IMG/VR virus record: IMGVR_UViG_3300020048_000105
Coordinates: 1-64,000 of that record
Origin: a virus
Taxonomy: Duplodnaviria; Caudoviricetes
Reading direction: 5' to 3' (one strand)
DNA: 64,000 nucleotides
In this document: positions 1 through 9,886 of the stretch, in pieces
How positions within the stretch are numbered: position 1 is the stretch's first letter
Layout of the letters: every line of letters begins with the position of its first letter
Program-made: the position numbers and the translations under genes
Notes under the pieces: model-generated
The model's database searches: none
Seen by the model: only the letters and a program-made list of their open reading frames with translations
What the model was told of the DNA's origin: nothing

Positions 1-2
1 AC

Positions 3-773
3 ATCAACATCAAAAACGATGAGCTCGAGCGTTTGAAAGGAGAAGAGGCTCAGTACGCTTCTTCGTTGCAAAAGTTAACTCAAGGTCTAACAACCATAAA
101 TGACTTCATCATCAAAGTACAGTCCGCTTGCAATGCAATACAGGCCGAGATGAACAAGCTGGAGATGAACAAGTCTCAAGAGTTCACCAGCATTCAGAAC
201 ATCATTGGAAACAACACAAATGCGCTAAACGGAAAGTCTGAAGAGAAAGTTAAACAGGACGAGGACTTTCGTTACCTTGCAATACTCGAGCAATTGTATT
301 CGGACACAGGTGTAAAGAAGAAAATCCTTGAGAACTACATACCAACTCTCAATCGAGAGATTTCGTATACACTGAATGAACTTCACTTTCCCTATTCGTT
401 AGCATTCGATTCGGACTTTGAACCAAACATGGAGCACTTAGGTGTCCCCATCGGTGTAGATACATTGAGCACAGGTGAAAAGAAGAGAGTTGATCTCGCA
501 GTCCTTATCTCTATCATACGCATGCTAAAGCGCAAGTACCCGGGCATAAACGTATTCATGCTCGATGAGGTTCTATCGTCAATAGACGGCGATGGTATCT
601 ATGACATCATAGGATTGCTTCAGAGGATATCGAAGGAGATGAACATGAACATCTTCATCATAAACCACTCGCCACTACCGATTGAACAGTTCGATTACCA
701 GATAAGGATCGAGAAGAACGCGGGATTCTCTGACTTAGTCATTGAGCACTTGGATGTTCGAATGGACGATTGA
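3..773 (+). CDS. Recombination endonuclease ATPase subunit (T4 gp46 / SbcC-Rad50 family), 3' part only; frame is open from the left edge
   Basis: Coiled coil followed by ABC signature TLSTGEKKR, Walker B VFMLDEVLSSID and H-loop IINHS; no stop upstream of 33 in frame. Confidence 0.9.
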   Translation: MNIKNDELERLKGEEAQYASSLQKLTQGLTTINDFIIKVQSACNAIQAEMNKLEMNKSQEFTSIQNIIGNNTNALNGKSEEKVKQDEDFRYLAILEQLYSDTGVKKKILENYIPTLNREISYTLNELHFPYSLAFDSDFEPNMEHLGVPIGVDTLSTGEKKRVDLAVLISIIRMLKRKYPGINVFMLDEVLSSIDGDGIYDIIGLLQRISKEMNMNIFIINHSPLPIEQFDYQIRIEKNAGFSDLVIEHLDVRMDD

Positions 774-801
774 TTAACAAAAATTTAACAACGGATTAAG
801 G
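774..801 (+). promoter_or_regulatory. Tandem TTAACA direct repeats with 11-bp period (response-regulator box-like)
   Basis: TTAACA at 774 and 785, TTAAGG at 796. Confidence 0.4.
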
Positions 802-830
802 TCGGTACTGTTTTCAGTATCGACTTTTTG
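799..830 (+). terminator. Intrinsic terminator after gp46
   Basis: Stem GTCGGTACTG/CAGTATCGAC, TTTT loop, following T-run. Confidence 0.75.
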
Positions 831-833
831 TTT

Positions 834-841
834 TATATTTG
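834..841 (+). promoter_or_regulatory. Bacteroidota-type -7 promoter element TAnnTTTG
   Basis: TATATTTG in intergenic DNA about 40 nt before the ATG at 882; -33 element not obvious. Confidence 0.45.
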
Positions 842-855
842 TCTTTCTTATTCGA

Positions 856-862
856 ATATATA
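856..862 (+). promoter_or_regulatory. Putative late promoter ATATATA
   Basis: Same motif recurs upstream of about 17 genes on the correct strand. Confidence 0.6.
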
Positions 863-881
863 ATCTAAATAAGATTTTTCA

Positions 882-1949
882 ATGAGAGCAAAAAACGTTA
901 ATGAAAGTGTAATTCAACAGCCTTTCACAAACAACACTCGCAACCAACCTATAAGTGGTTCATACCCATTAAGCATGATGCAGTACGAGGACTCAGATAA
1001 ACCTGAGTGGAACCCGGACTATGAAGAGCTTCACAAACAAGACCACGACAGCGAAAAAGCATATGCCAAATTCAAAGAAGAGGAAGAAAGCTTAAAGCTC
1101 ACAAAGGAAGATTTCGAAAATGCAAAACCCGGAGATGTTTTCTACATGACAAAGGGCGACAACGTTTACAAAGTTGTTGTTGATGAAGTTACGATGATGA
1201 AACATCGTATGTTCTCTAGCAATAGAAAAAGTCCACCTGAGATAACGATTATTTCACGAGGTGGAAAGACATACCGAGTAGGTTCTTTGCTTCGTTCTAA
1301 ACCACAAACAGAATTGAACGTTGTAGGAAGAGGCCTCATGGACCCAAGAAACTTCAAAGGAAATGACTACCACGACAGCTACGAAAAATACAGAGCTAAA
1401 TATGAATCCAAAAATAACGAAGATATGAGAGCAAGAGAAGTAAACGAGGACTGGGAGTCCGAACTGAAAGCAAAAGAAAAAGTCTGGAATGCTGAATATC
1501 GTGCAGAAGACAACGCCCGTAAAGAAACATACAAGCCAATGAAGAAGGCATATGTGCTCCCAATAGGCGTCGTATCACCGGCCAACGGAAATACAATGTA
1601 TGACTGGAACATTTATGAATCATGGCCAGATGGCTGGGCATTTTTGCTCAAGGGTTTTTTAATTTTCTCCTCTGATGAAAACGATTTTGAAATCGGTGAA
1701 GACGTTGTATTGTATGGCAATGATTCAGGACGAAGGCTTACATATGCTAACAAAGTAGTTGACAAGGCTCCAGTTCAAAAAGAAGCTTTAGTCAATATGT
1801 TGTTCAAACATGGGTATGATTACAAACCTAAAAGAGCATTCCAGAAGGCGGCATTCAGCAATAAACTTAGTACATCGTACTCTGTAAAAGGAATCACCTA
1901 CGACGAAATAAAACCTCACAAAAGGCACAAAGAAACAAGAGGTTACTAA
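882..1949 (+). CDS. Hypothetical protein, possible internal head protein
   Basis: 355 aa ORF; N-terminus MRAKNVNES and an internal copy MRAREVNED at codon 182. Confidence 0.7.
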   Translation: MRAKNVNESVIQQPFTNNTRNQPISGSYPLSMMQYEDSDKPEWNPDYEELHKQDHDSEKAYAKFKEEEESLKLTKEDFENAKPGDVFYMTKGDNVYKVVVDEVTMMKHRMFSSNRKSPPEITIISRGGKTYRVGSLLRSKPQTELNVVGRGLMDPRNFKGNDYHDSYEKYRAKYESKNNEDMRAREVNEDWESELKAKEKVWNAEYRAEDNARKETYKPMKKAYVLPIGVVSPANGNTMYDWNIYESWPDGWAFLLKGFLIFSSDENDFEIGEDVVLYGNDSGRRLTYANKVVDKAPVQKEALVNMLFKHGYDYKPKRAFQKAAFSNKLSTSYSVKGITYDEIKPHKRHKETRGY

Positions 1950-1954
1950 AATAA

Positions 1955-2647
1955 ATGACTATTATGAGAACATTTAAAGTTAAGGAATCATTATATGAGA
2001 AGATCGAAGACGATGAACCAGACGTAGAGATCGAAGACAGTTGGAACAAGCCAGATGAAGACGATGATGTGGAAGTAGATCCAGACGAAATCGATACGAC
2101 AGACATGGAGACCGCAGAAGAAATCGACATCCCCGATGCCGCTTTCGACGATGAACTGCTGATGACACTCAACAACGAGCTTAAATCACCTGAGTTCGCA
2201 AGAAGGGTGTTGAGGTTCAGAGTAAAGGGCGCAGACCGTAGGCCTGAGTTTGGAACTGTCCTTGCTAAGATAGGAGACAACGGCTTCATCTTCAAGCTCC
2301 AAGACGGAACAATGAAGAAGTACAAACTCCAAGACATAATCGCAGAGAGCATTAAGTACCCTAACGAAATGCACCTCGACGAGAACTGGGGTGAGGGATT
2401 CGACGAAGACGATCGAAATGACGAGTACCACACGTTGGAAGACGAAGGAAAGTTTGATGATGAAAGTGATGACGAATTCGAAGACGAAAGCTACGAAATA
2501 GAAACAATAGACCCAGAGGACGAAGAGTACCTCATGACTATGGGCCACCTTTTTCCTGACGAAGCAAAGAAAGTCATGAGCCGATACACAAAAGTTCCTC
2601 GAAGAGGAAGCCGTGGACTTGGTGTAGATGGCAGGATGCCATTTTAA
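1955..2647 (+). CDS. Highly acidic hypothetical protein, possible head/scaffold component
   Basis: 230 aa, D/E-rich, N-terminal MRTFKVKES. Confidence 0.7.
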   Translation: MTIMRTFKVKESLYEKIEDDEPDVEIEDSWNKPDEDDDVEVDPDEIDTTDMETAEEIDIPDAAFDDELLMTLNNELKSPEFARRVLRFRVKGADRRPEFGTVLAKIGDNGFIFKLQDGTMKKYKLQDIIAESIKYPNEMHLDENWGEGFDEDDRNDEYHTLEDEGKFDDESDDEFEDESYEIETIDPEDEEYLMTMGHLFPDEAKKVMSRYTKVPRRGSRGLGVDGRMPF

Positions 2648-2671
2648 GAACTGCATAACCACACATTTTTT

Positions 2672-2700
2672 AAGGACTTAGGGAAACTTAAGTCCTTTTG
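2672..2700 (+). terminator. Intrinsic terminator
   Basis: AAGGACTTA...TAAGTCCTT stem followed by Ts. Confidence 0.7.
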
Positions 2701-2801
2701 TTGTATAGAACTATCAAATAATCAAATTATCAAAGAGTGATTATCAAAAAAATAGAGAAGACGAAATTACTAAATGTTGTAAATTTTTAAACATATGACA
2801 C

Positions 2802-4526
2802 ATGACACATGAACAAATAACGGAAAAAATTGAAGAATGGCGAATAACTTTTTTAGGCGATGATTGGAAATGGCGAAAAGGACAAGCTGAAGCTATAATG
2901 CAAATTTTGTTAACATATTTTAATAAAACGCACAATGTTGTGATTTTAGATTGTCCAACAGGTGGAGGAAAATCCGCAATTGCACTGGCTGTGGCTTGGA
3001 TATTGAACCAAGAAAACAAGTCAGGATTCATCCTTGCATCTGACATAGCTCTACAAGAGCAGTACGAAAAAGACTTCAAAAAGGCAAACATAAAGTGGGG
3101 TTCCATAAAGGGAATCGACAACTACCTGTGCATCGACAACATGGAGAAACACTCTCTTGGTACTTGCAAGATAAGGAACAAGCCCGCAAAGCAGATGCAC
3201 TGCTACTCATCATGCCCATACTTTAATGCAAGAGATTTTGCATCCGCAGCTCCAACTGCATTGCTGAACTATGCGTACTGGTTAATCCACATGAACTATG
3301 TAAACCCCGGCATGGATGAACCTCCATTCCCTCCACGAAAGTTCACAATATGTGACGAAGCACATAAAATAGTCGATATAGTTCAAAGTCACTACTCACC
3401 ACGTTTCGATGCAAAGACAGTGGAGAAACTTGCAAAGCTCACAGACTTCTTCAACAACTACAAGCTCAACAACCTATCCAAAGACTTCATTCACATAAAA
3501 GAGGATATTGACAAGCTTTACAAGACAGATTACAACGACGAACTTAACGCTAAACTTATTGCTATAAGAGACAACTTGCAATACAGGTACCGCGAGACAT
3601 GGGAGAAGTTCAAAGACGAAGTTAAGAAGCAGTACCCACACGATGACCCGCCACGAGAGTGGAAAGAGGCTCTAAGGCTTTGCGATTGGGTAAAAGACAT
3701 GCACTGCAAAATAGATGACTACGTAAGGATGATAGAAGTAACTTCTACAGACACTATGGTTAAGAACCCAACCGGTGAAAACGAACTTACGTTCAACTGC
3801 TTGGATGAGTCTTGGATGATGCACAAATACTTCCATGCTCACACAGGCTTTACTCTTTTAATGAGTGCTACTTTCGCAGACCCATCAAAGTATCTAAAGA
3901 GCATTGCTCTCGACAAGGCAAAATACATAAAGCTCGACTCACAATTCGACTTCACAGCTTCTCCAATCTACTTCTACAACAAACGAAGAATGTCCTACAA
4001 GCAGATTGAGGGCAACCTCCCTTGGATGTTCGAGCGTATTGATGAGATACTCGACAACCATAAGATGCACAATGGCATCATTCACACTGCTTCATATGAT
4101 TTAGCTCTCAAGATATTCTCAGGTGTATCAGCAAAGAACAGAAAACGTATACTCGTGTATAGCGGAACGGAGGAGAAGAGGCAGGTAATAGAGATGCTAA
4201 AAACCAACAATGATAAGATCATAATGGGTCCATCGCTCACAACAGGGTTGGACTTAAAAGATGATTGGAGCCGATTCGCAATCATAGCCAAAGTGCCCTA
4301 TCCAAGTCTCTCAGATAAGTTCATTGCTAAGAAACTGGAAGTGAGTCCTGATTGGTATCGATGGCGCACGATTATTGAAATTTTACAGTCTGTGGGTAGA
4401 ACAGTTAGGCACGAAAACGATTGGTGCAAGACTTATATACTCGATGGTGCACTCGCGGACCTGATACACAACAATCGAAAGGCGTTCCCGCCGGAGTTTA
4501 TGTCTCGCCTCGTAGTCGTGGATTGA
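2802..4526 (+). CDS. DinG/Rad3(XPD)-family SF2 helicase
   Basis: Walker A CPTGGGKS, DEAH box, Cys cluster (YLC..TCKI..HCYSSCPY), C-terminal IIAKVPYP and QSVGRTVRH motifs. Confidence 0.88.
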   Translation: MTHEQITEKIEEWRITFLGDDWKWRKGQAEAIMQILLTYFNKTHNVVILDCPTGGGKSAIALAVAWILNQENKSGFILASDIALQEQYEKDFKKANIKWGSIKGIDNYLCIDNMEKHSLGTCKIRNKPAKQMHCYSSCPYFNARDFASAAPTALLNYAYWLIHMNYVNPGMDEPPFPPRKFTICDEAHKIVDIVQSHYSPRFDAKTVEKLAKLTDFFNNYKLNNLSKDFIHIKEDIDKLYKTDYNDELNAKLIAIRDNLQYRYRETWEKFKDEVKKQYPHDDPPREWKEALRLCDWVKDMHCKIDDYVRMIEVTSTDTMVKNPTGENELTFNCLDESWMMHKYFHAHTGFTLLMSATFADPSKYLKSIALDKAKYIKLDSQFDFTASPIYFYNKRRMSYKQIEGNLPWMFERIDEILDNHKMHNGIIHTASYDLALKIFSGVSAKNRKRILVYSGTEEKRQVIEMLKTNNDKIIMGPSLTTGLDLKDDWSRFAIIAKVPYPSLSDKFIAKKLEVSPDWYRWRTIIEILQSVGRTVRHENDWCKTYILDGALADLIHNNRKAFPPEFMSRLVVVD

Positions 4527-4547
4527 GATATATACAATAAACCGACA

Positions 4548-4853
4548 ATGTTAGTACGAGAATCTTTAGAAGAAAAAATTCCAAACGCAATCGATTACAA
4601 AAAGCTCGCGGCATACGCAAATGCCATAGGCGTCATGTGCGATGGAGAGTATGGAGACGTTTTTTACGATGAAGCGCAAAACCACGTGTGGATATGCTTG
4701 GGTGATTCGAACCCATTCGACGAAAGCATGCTAATTGAGTACATCAAAGGCGCGATAAGAAAAGGCGACTACTCATCGGAAAAACACATCAAGATAACTG
4801 TTGAGGACGAGTGTTACCCACAAGGTTCGAACTGGAAAAAAATAAAATCGTAA
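4548..4853 (+). CDS. Hypothetical protein
   Basis: 101 aa ORF preceded by ATATATA (4528-4534); starts MLVRES. Confidence 0.7.
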   Translation: MLVRESLEEKIPNAIDYKKLAAYANAIGVMCDGEYGDVFYDEAQNHVWICLGDSNPFDESMLIEYIKGAIRKGDYSSEKHIKITVEDECYPQGSNWKKIKS

Positions 4854-4854
4854 A

Positions 4855-6216
4855 ATGGCTTTACAAAATAAGTACAACAATGAGGAACTCCTTATAAGAG
4901 CTATCATTGCTGGCGTATTGAATGTGCTCAACAACAAGCTCACTTACAAGCAGACTTGGAGCAACGACGACATAGAAGAAGTTCAAGTGCCTTTCTGGTA
5001 CAACTTTAGCGGTGACGAGAGGTTCATGCAGGACTTTTACACGCACTTTGGTCATTGCCTGCCTCCTAAGCCTGTAGATGGAAACTTCGATAGGAACCCA
5101 AGGGGCGTTGTTACGTACGTTGGCTCACAGATAGACTCGGCAAGGATAACTTCGCGTTACATCCAGGGAAACTTCCTTAAAGAAGTGGATGGCCAGCTCC
5201 AGACGTATCACTCATTTCTCTATTCCATACCTCTCAACGTTAATTTCGACATCGAAATGTGGCTTGACAGCCAAGTCACACAGCTCAAGCTTGAGCAAGC
5301 CATACGTGAAGTATTCTACAAGACCGCTACTTTCTACGTTTACTTTCGAGGAATGCGAGTAGGTTGCACAGCTGGGTTCCCAGAAGATATAACGCTCGAA
5401 AAGAACATTCAATACAGTTTTGAAACAGGCAACACAACAGTTCCAAAGCTAAAGTTCTCTTTGCAGGTAGAAGCTTACCAGCCAGTGTTCGACCCCACAA
5501 CCGAAGTAAATGCTAACAACTTAATGACAGGCATAGGATTCAGGTTAATTGACCGCAACGTCGAAAAGAACGACGGCAACATAACGATGACAACTAACTT
5601 TACAGGTACAACTTTTCCAAAGGGCTACCCACTTCTTATGGAGTGGGAGTACATCAACGAGAACGCAATCATAAACAAAGTGGACATTCTGTGGTCAAAT
5701 GCTGGAGAGAACGAGAGATTTGTCATAGAAAAAGGAGTTCCAAACCATGAGTATTACGTGTGGAACATCCCAGAGGCGTTCACAACTTACAAGAACCCCG
5801 CAATAATCTGGAACCTTCCGTCTACCACCTCTTTTTATAGAGAACCGATACTTAGGGTGCTTCCCAACCCAATCACGAAGGTGATTGATGAGAGTTCGTT
5901 CATCGTCATCGACCCAGGCTACTTCATATCGCTTGATGGAGATGCATCTATAAATATAGTTCTTGAGATGAAAGATTCCAACAACAAAGTCGTTTACTCC
6001 GGCGATGCCAGTGCATACATAAACCTCGACAACTACAAGATAAGCACTACAAACCCCGTTACACTTCCATACGGCGACATAATTTTTCCGGGATCGGTGG
6101 AATCAAAGGAAATCGACATTTACGTTGTAAACTCTGTAGCGGCTTATGAGACTTCTATGCCACAAACAGGTGACTCGCAAGCCTACGGTGTTATAAGAAA
6201 TGTAACGATTGTATAG
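4855..6216 (+). CDS. Tail terminator / sheath stabilizer (T4 gp15-like) with C-terminal beta-rich extension
   Basis: VQVPFWYNFSGDERFMQDF, NPRGVVTY and SIPLNVNFDIEMW segments resemble T4 gp15 blocks. Confidence 0.65.
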   Translation: MALQNKYNNEELLIRAIIAGVLNVLNNKLTYKQTWSNDDIEEVQVPFWYNFSGDERFMQDFYTHFGHCLPPKPVDGNFDRNPRGVVTYVGSQIDSARITSRYIQGNFLKEVDGQLQTYHSFLYSIPLNVNFDIEMWLDSQVTQLKLEQAIREVFYKTATFYVYFRGMRVGCTAGFPEDITLEKNIQYSFETGNTTVPKLKFSLQVEAYQPVFDPTTEVNANNLMTGIGFRLIDRNVEKNDGNITMTTNFTGTTFPKGYPLLMEWEYINENAIINKVDILWSNAGENERFVIEKGVPNHEYYVWNIPEAFTTYKNPAIIWNLPSTTSFYREPILRVLPNPITKVIDESSFIVIDPGYFISLDGDASINIVLEMKDSNNKVVYSGDASAYINLDNYKISTTNPVTLPYGDIIFPGSVESKEIDIYVVNSVAAYETSMPQTGDSQAYGVIRNVTIV

Positions 6217-6288
6217 AAATGGGACAAATTCGTTCAAAACCGATAAATATATAAAACAAACATATAGTAAACAAAATAATTTTCCAAT

Positions 6289-8526
6289 ATGATTACGAAG
6301 ATAAATCAATTGAAATCGCAGACAAGCGTATCTGAAGTTAAGGCTTTGTGTGAATCAACAATCTCGGCTATCAGCTCAGCTATCTACAACGGCGTAACAC
6401 CAGATGCTCAAAACGAAATCGAAAGAGTTGCTTTAACAAACCTCTTTAAGGGATTAGAAAGGTACTCATCTGACAAGGCGATAACTGAGTGGCTGAACAA
6501 CCAAAAGAGAATCTACTCAGTGAAGAATCTGGGAGTAAGAAGCGCAGTCAACAACCTTCTAAAAAATGAGAAGGAGAACGCTACGTTAGTAGAAATCCTC
6601 GAAGGCTACCGCGATCAATTAAACTCATATCCTGAAGTAATGCTTTACGAATCATTCACTTCCGCTCTCTCAGGGTTTGGTTACTTACCATCTGTGAACA
6701 CTGAGCTAAGCGCGGTTGCCGAAAGAGTGAAGAAGTACCAAAACGATGTGGACATCTCCAAGATCGTTGAAGTAATGAAAGGCACTCGTAGTGACTACCT
6801 CATTCCACTTATCGAAGACGTTGTAGAGAACTACCTCAACAACAAAACCGAGCAGAACAAGAGCTCTTTAAAAGAAACTCTCGTTAAGTTCAGTTACGAC
6901 CCATTCATCAGAGATATCATCAACCTCGTAACTCTGGATGCCACCCAGCTCCAATTGGAATACGCAAACGCCGAATGCGACATAGAAGACAGAATCTTCT
7001 CACCTATCATGTACTTAGGTGAAAACGAAACTCTCTTCAACATAAAGGGATCGTACTACGTAAGGAAAGGAAACAACATCAACAAGCTTAAAAATGCTGA
7101 AGTTCAGATGATCGACGAATCATTCAAGAATCTCTGCAACATCGTAAACGACCCTGGGGTTTTCATCACAAAGAATGACATCAAGATTTACGCTGGTAAG
7201 GACTCAGCAATCTTAACCGAACATGCATCATACGTCAATGGAACACCATTCGATGACACACAAATAAACGAAACAATGCAAGTTGCAAAGTGGAGCGGAA
7301 ACGAGGCTTTCTTCGGAATGCTTGGAGTACTTAGAGAGAACTTCAACGAGATCGCAGAGCTTGACTTCGTAAAGAGAGTTTACCTCAAAGAAGATGAAAA
7401 CTATGCAGCGGACATCTTCAAACTTAGAGACAATGTTTTCATCACAACATTCGACTCAAACAATAACAAAGCCACTTTCTACCGCAACATCAATCCTATC
7501 CAAGCAGAGAAGATCATGATGGAGCACATGAGGTACGATGTTTCGAAAACATTCGCAGACATCCTCCCAAACAAAGAAAAAATCCTCTCTGAGATATCAG
7601 AAACAAAGAAGGACTTCACAGACTACATCGTGGACCTCGAAAATAAAATTCAGCAGTTCGCGGCATCAAGCGACCCTACATCAGCAATGGTGGTAGAAGC
7701 TCTAAACGAAGAACTCGCAGAGACCAAAAACGATTACAAGAACTACCTCAACAGAGTAGAAAAATTCACAACTGCAAGCCCGGACGAAAAAAAAACCCTA
7801 AATGAGAACCTAAACATCACCGTTCAGGACGATGGAACAGGCAAATCATACACAGTTGTAGTACCTACAGGAATGCAGGCCGCTAAAGGTGCTGAAAGCA
7901 CTGGCCAAGTAAATGCAGATGGTGATATGTTCGGATCGGAAGTAGGTATGTCAAGCATGTCAGAACCCGGTGGCGGAAGCCCAAGCTCAGCAATAACTTT
8001 TGACGACAGCCAATCGGAGCTTTTAAGCGACTCACCTTCAATGGAAGACGATAAGGTAGACTTACAGGCCGACGACGTAGAAGCATATGCCGACAAGGTA
8101 GACGCTGAAGCTGAAATCCAAGCACAAGAAGATCAACCGACCGATCTCGCAGGCGAACCAGGCGCGGCAGACGCAAACGTACCTCCAGTAGGAGACACAG
8201 AAGATATGGGTGGCGGAGACCTTGGCGGAGGCGGAGAACTTCCTGACTTAGGAGACACAGGAGAACAGACTGGTGAGCTTGACCTCGGTGGAGAACCAAC
8301 AGCTCCAGCAGATCAATCCGCAGAACCTCCTGTTGAACCATCTACTGAAAACCCAGAAAATCCTGCAACACCTGCTCCAGAAGACCCTAACGCTCCTAAA
8401 GAAGAAGCTGCTGGTCCTCCTGACCCGAATTTGGAGAAAACAAACTTCGCGGCAGACAAAAACCCTGGAGACTTAGACCAGCCTAAAAAGATCAAGAAAG
8501 TTTTCTTGAAACGTTTAAAAAAATAA
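6289..8526 (+). CDS. Large protein with helical N-region and long acidic Pro/Gly-rich tail; possible prohead core/scaffold
   Basis: 745 aa ORF behind ATATATA (6247-6253); function inferred from composition only. Confidence 0.55.
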   Translation: MITKINQLKSQTSVSEVKALCESTISAISSAIYNGVTPDAQNEIERVALTNLFKGLERYSSDKAITEWLNNQKRIYSVKNLGVRSAVNNLLKNEKENATLVEILEGYRDQLNSYPEVMLYESFTSALSGFGYLPSVNTELSAVAERVKKYQNDVDISKIVEVMKGTRSDYLIPLIEDVVENYLNNKTEQNKSSLKETLVKFSYDPFIRDIINLVTLDATQLQLEYANAECDIEDRIFSPIMYLGENETLFNIKGSYYVRKGNNINKLKNAEVQMIDESFKNLCNIVNDPGVFITKNDIKIYAGKDSAILTEHASYVNGTPFDDTQINETMQVAKWSGNEAFFGMLGVLRENFNEIAELDFVKRVYLKEDENYAADIFKLRDNVFITTFDSNNNKATFYRNINPIQAEKIMMEHMRYDVSKTFADILPNKEKILSEISETKKDFTDYIVDLENKIQQFAASSDPTSAMVVEALNEELAETKNDYKNYLNRVEKFTTASPDEKKTLNENLNITVQDDGTGKSYTVVVPTGMQAAKGAESTGQVNADGDMFGSEVGMSSMSEPGGGSPSSAITFDDSQSELLSDSPSMEDDKVDLQADDVEAYADKVDAEAEIQAQEDQPTDLAGEPGAADANVPPVGDTEDMGGGDLGGGGELPDLGDTGEQTGELDLGGEPTAPADQSAEPPVEPSTENPENPATPAPEDPNAPKEEAAGPPDPNLEKTNFAADKNPGDLDQPKKIKKVFLKRLKK

Positions 8527-8532
8527 GAAACT

Positions 8533-9378
8533 ATGAACATAAATTTTCCAGTAAAAGCTGTAGATACTGTCATTATTGATAGTGAAGGTACGCCATTATT
8601 AATGATGAAGGAATTTGCTCTTTCAAATAAAGATGCAAAAGATTTAGCTTCAATGATAGCTTACTTAGTAAATACACATTCTCGTGATCTTGTCAGAGAA
8701 TCGGTTGAAGAAGAACTTGATACTGAGGTATTCGAAGGACTTACATTAGGAGATGATTTTGACGATACTTACAAAGCTTTGAACGAAGTAGCAACTTTAG
8801 GTTCGAAGGTTAAGTACAAAGGCCAGACTGGGTATGTCAATGCCGAGATGCAAGACGGAAAGGTTATTGTCCAAGTTCAAGGAAGCACTTACGCTGTAGA
8901 CCCTAAAGACCTCAAGGAAATGCACCCAAGAACTGACAAAGTGATGAGCGCAGAAGTTCCACAGTTCAATGACAAGACACAAAAGATTCTTTTAGAACAG
9001 TACGTAAGGTGTGGAATCTTTTACAACAACGTTCCTATCAAGACGAGCAACTGCTTCGTAAGGTACAACCAATACGAAACAGCTCCTGAAAACGGAAACG
9101 TTAAAGTGCTCGTAGAGGGAACTGCCACGTTCTTTCCAAAAGACCAAGTTCGCATATTCGAAAACATCAATGAGTTTGCAAGCGAGGAGAACTACATTCC
9201 CGGCGTAATCATAGATGAAGCAACCGAGGAAGTTCTAGAGAACATACTTCTAAATGCAATTGACTACTCACAGGCAGTAGGAGACGCAGACAGCATCAGA
9301 ATCATCAAGTTTGCTCCTAATGGAGACCAAGAGATGCAGAACGCTCCAAAAGCAATGTTAAGGACTCTATCAATATAA
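8533..9378 (+). CDS. Hypothetical protein (probable virion/head-associated)
   Basis: 281 aa ORF co-oriented and closely spaced with the upstream gene. Confidence 0.7.
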   Translation: MNINFPVKAVDTVIIDSEGTPLLMMKEFALSNKDAKDLASMIAYLVNTHSRDLVRESVEEELDTEVFEGLTLGDDFDDTYKALNEVATLGSKVKYKGQTGYVNAEMQDGKVIVQVQGSTYAVDPKDLKEMHPRTDKVMSAEVPQFNDKTQKILLEQYVRCGIFYNNVPIKTSNCFVRYNQYETAPENGNVKVLVEGTATFFPKDQVRIFENINEFASEENYIPGVIIDEATEEVLENILLNAIDYSQAVGDADSIRIIKFAPNGDQEMQNAPKAMLRTLSI

Positions 9379-9398
9379 AATTACTTCAAAACATAAAT

Positions 9399-9433
9399 AA
9401 AGCTCGGTAACTTAAAACTTACCGAGCTTTTTT
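9399..9433 (+). terminator. Intrinsic terminator
   Basis: AAAGCTCGGTAA/TTACCGAGCTTT 12-bp stem plus T-run. Confidence 0.8.
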
Positions 9434-9444
9434 GCATATAAATT

Positions 9445-9461
9445 TTAACTAAGCTTTAACT
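9445..9461 (+). promoter_or_regulatory. TTAACT-N5-TTAACT direct repeat upstream of the late sigma gene
   Basis: TTAAC at 9445 and 9456 (11-bp period). Confidence 0.35.
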
Positions 9462-9531
9462 ATTCCGCGCCCCTCTCGATTACTCAGATGGTCAGGAATG
9501 AACCTAAACTAACATAAAATATAAACTTATT

Positions 9532-9885
9532 ATGGCGCATTACGTAAAGAATGCCGATCTTCGAAATGAAATCATTCGCTGCAAAGAGAAAAACGAGATA
9601 TCAAGAGAAGCTATTGAAATGTTTCAATTAATGGCAAGGAAATTCTCTGACAAGCTAACGTACATATACGAAGAGGACCGCGAAGACTGCATCGCGTTCG
9701 GCGTCATGGACTGCTACCAGTACTGGAGAGGCTACAACCCCGAGAAATCACAGAACGCGTTTGCGTACTTCACACAGATCATCAAGAATGGCTTTGCAAA
9801 AGGCTGGAGAAAATTGTATGGCAACATGCCAAAGTCCCGCAAAATAAGCATTTCTAACGATAAATTGTATAACATCAACATTTAA
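9532..9885 (+). CDS. Late-transcription sigma factor (T4 gp55-like), short form
   Basis: HYVKNADL N-terminus, REDCIAFG, YNPEKSQNAFAYFTQIIKNGF match the gp55 family pattern. Confidence 0.85.
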   Translation: MAHYVKNADLRNEIIRCKEKNEISREAIEMFQLMARKFSDKLTYIYEEDREDCIAFGVMDCYQYWRGYNPEKSQNAFAYFTQIIKNGFAKGWRKLYGNMPKSRKISISNDKLYNINI

Positions 9886-9886
9886 T

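Noticed and set aside
9462-9505. Structured RNA leader upstream of the late sigma gene
   Set aside because: GC-rich, but only a weak 5-bp pairing (ATTCC/GGAAT) was found; insufficient support.
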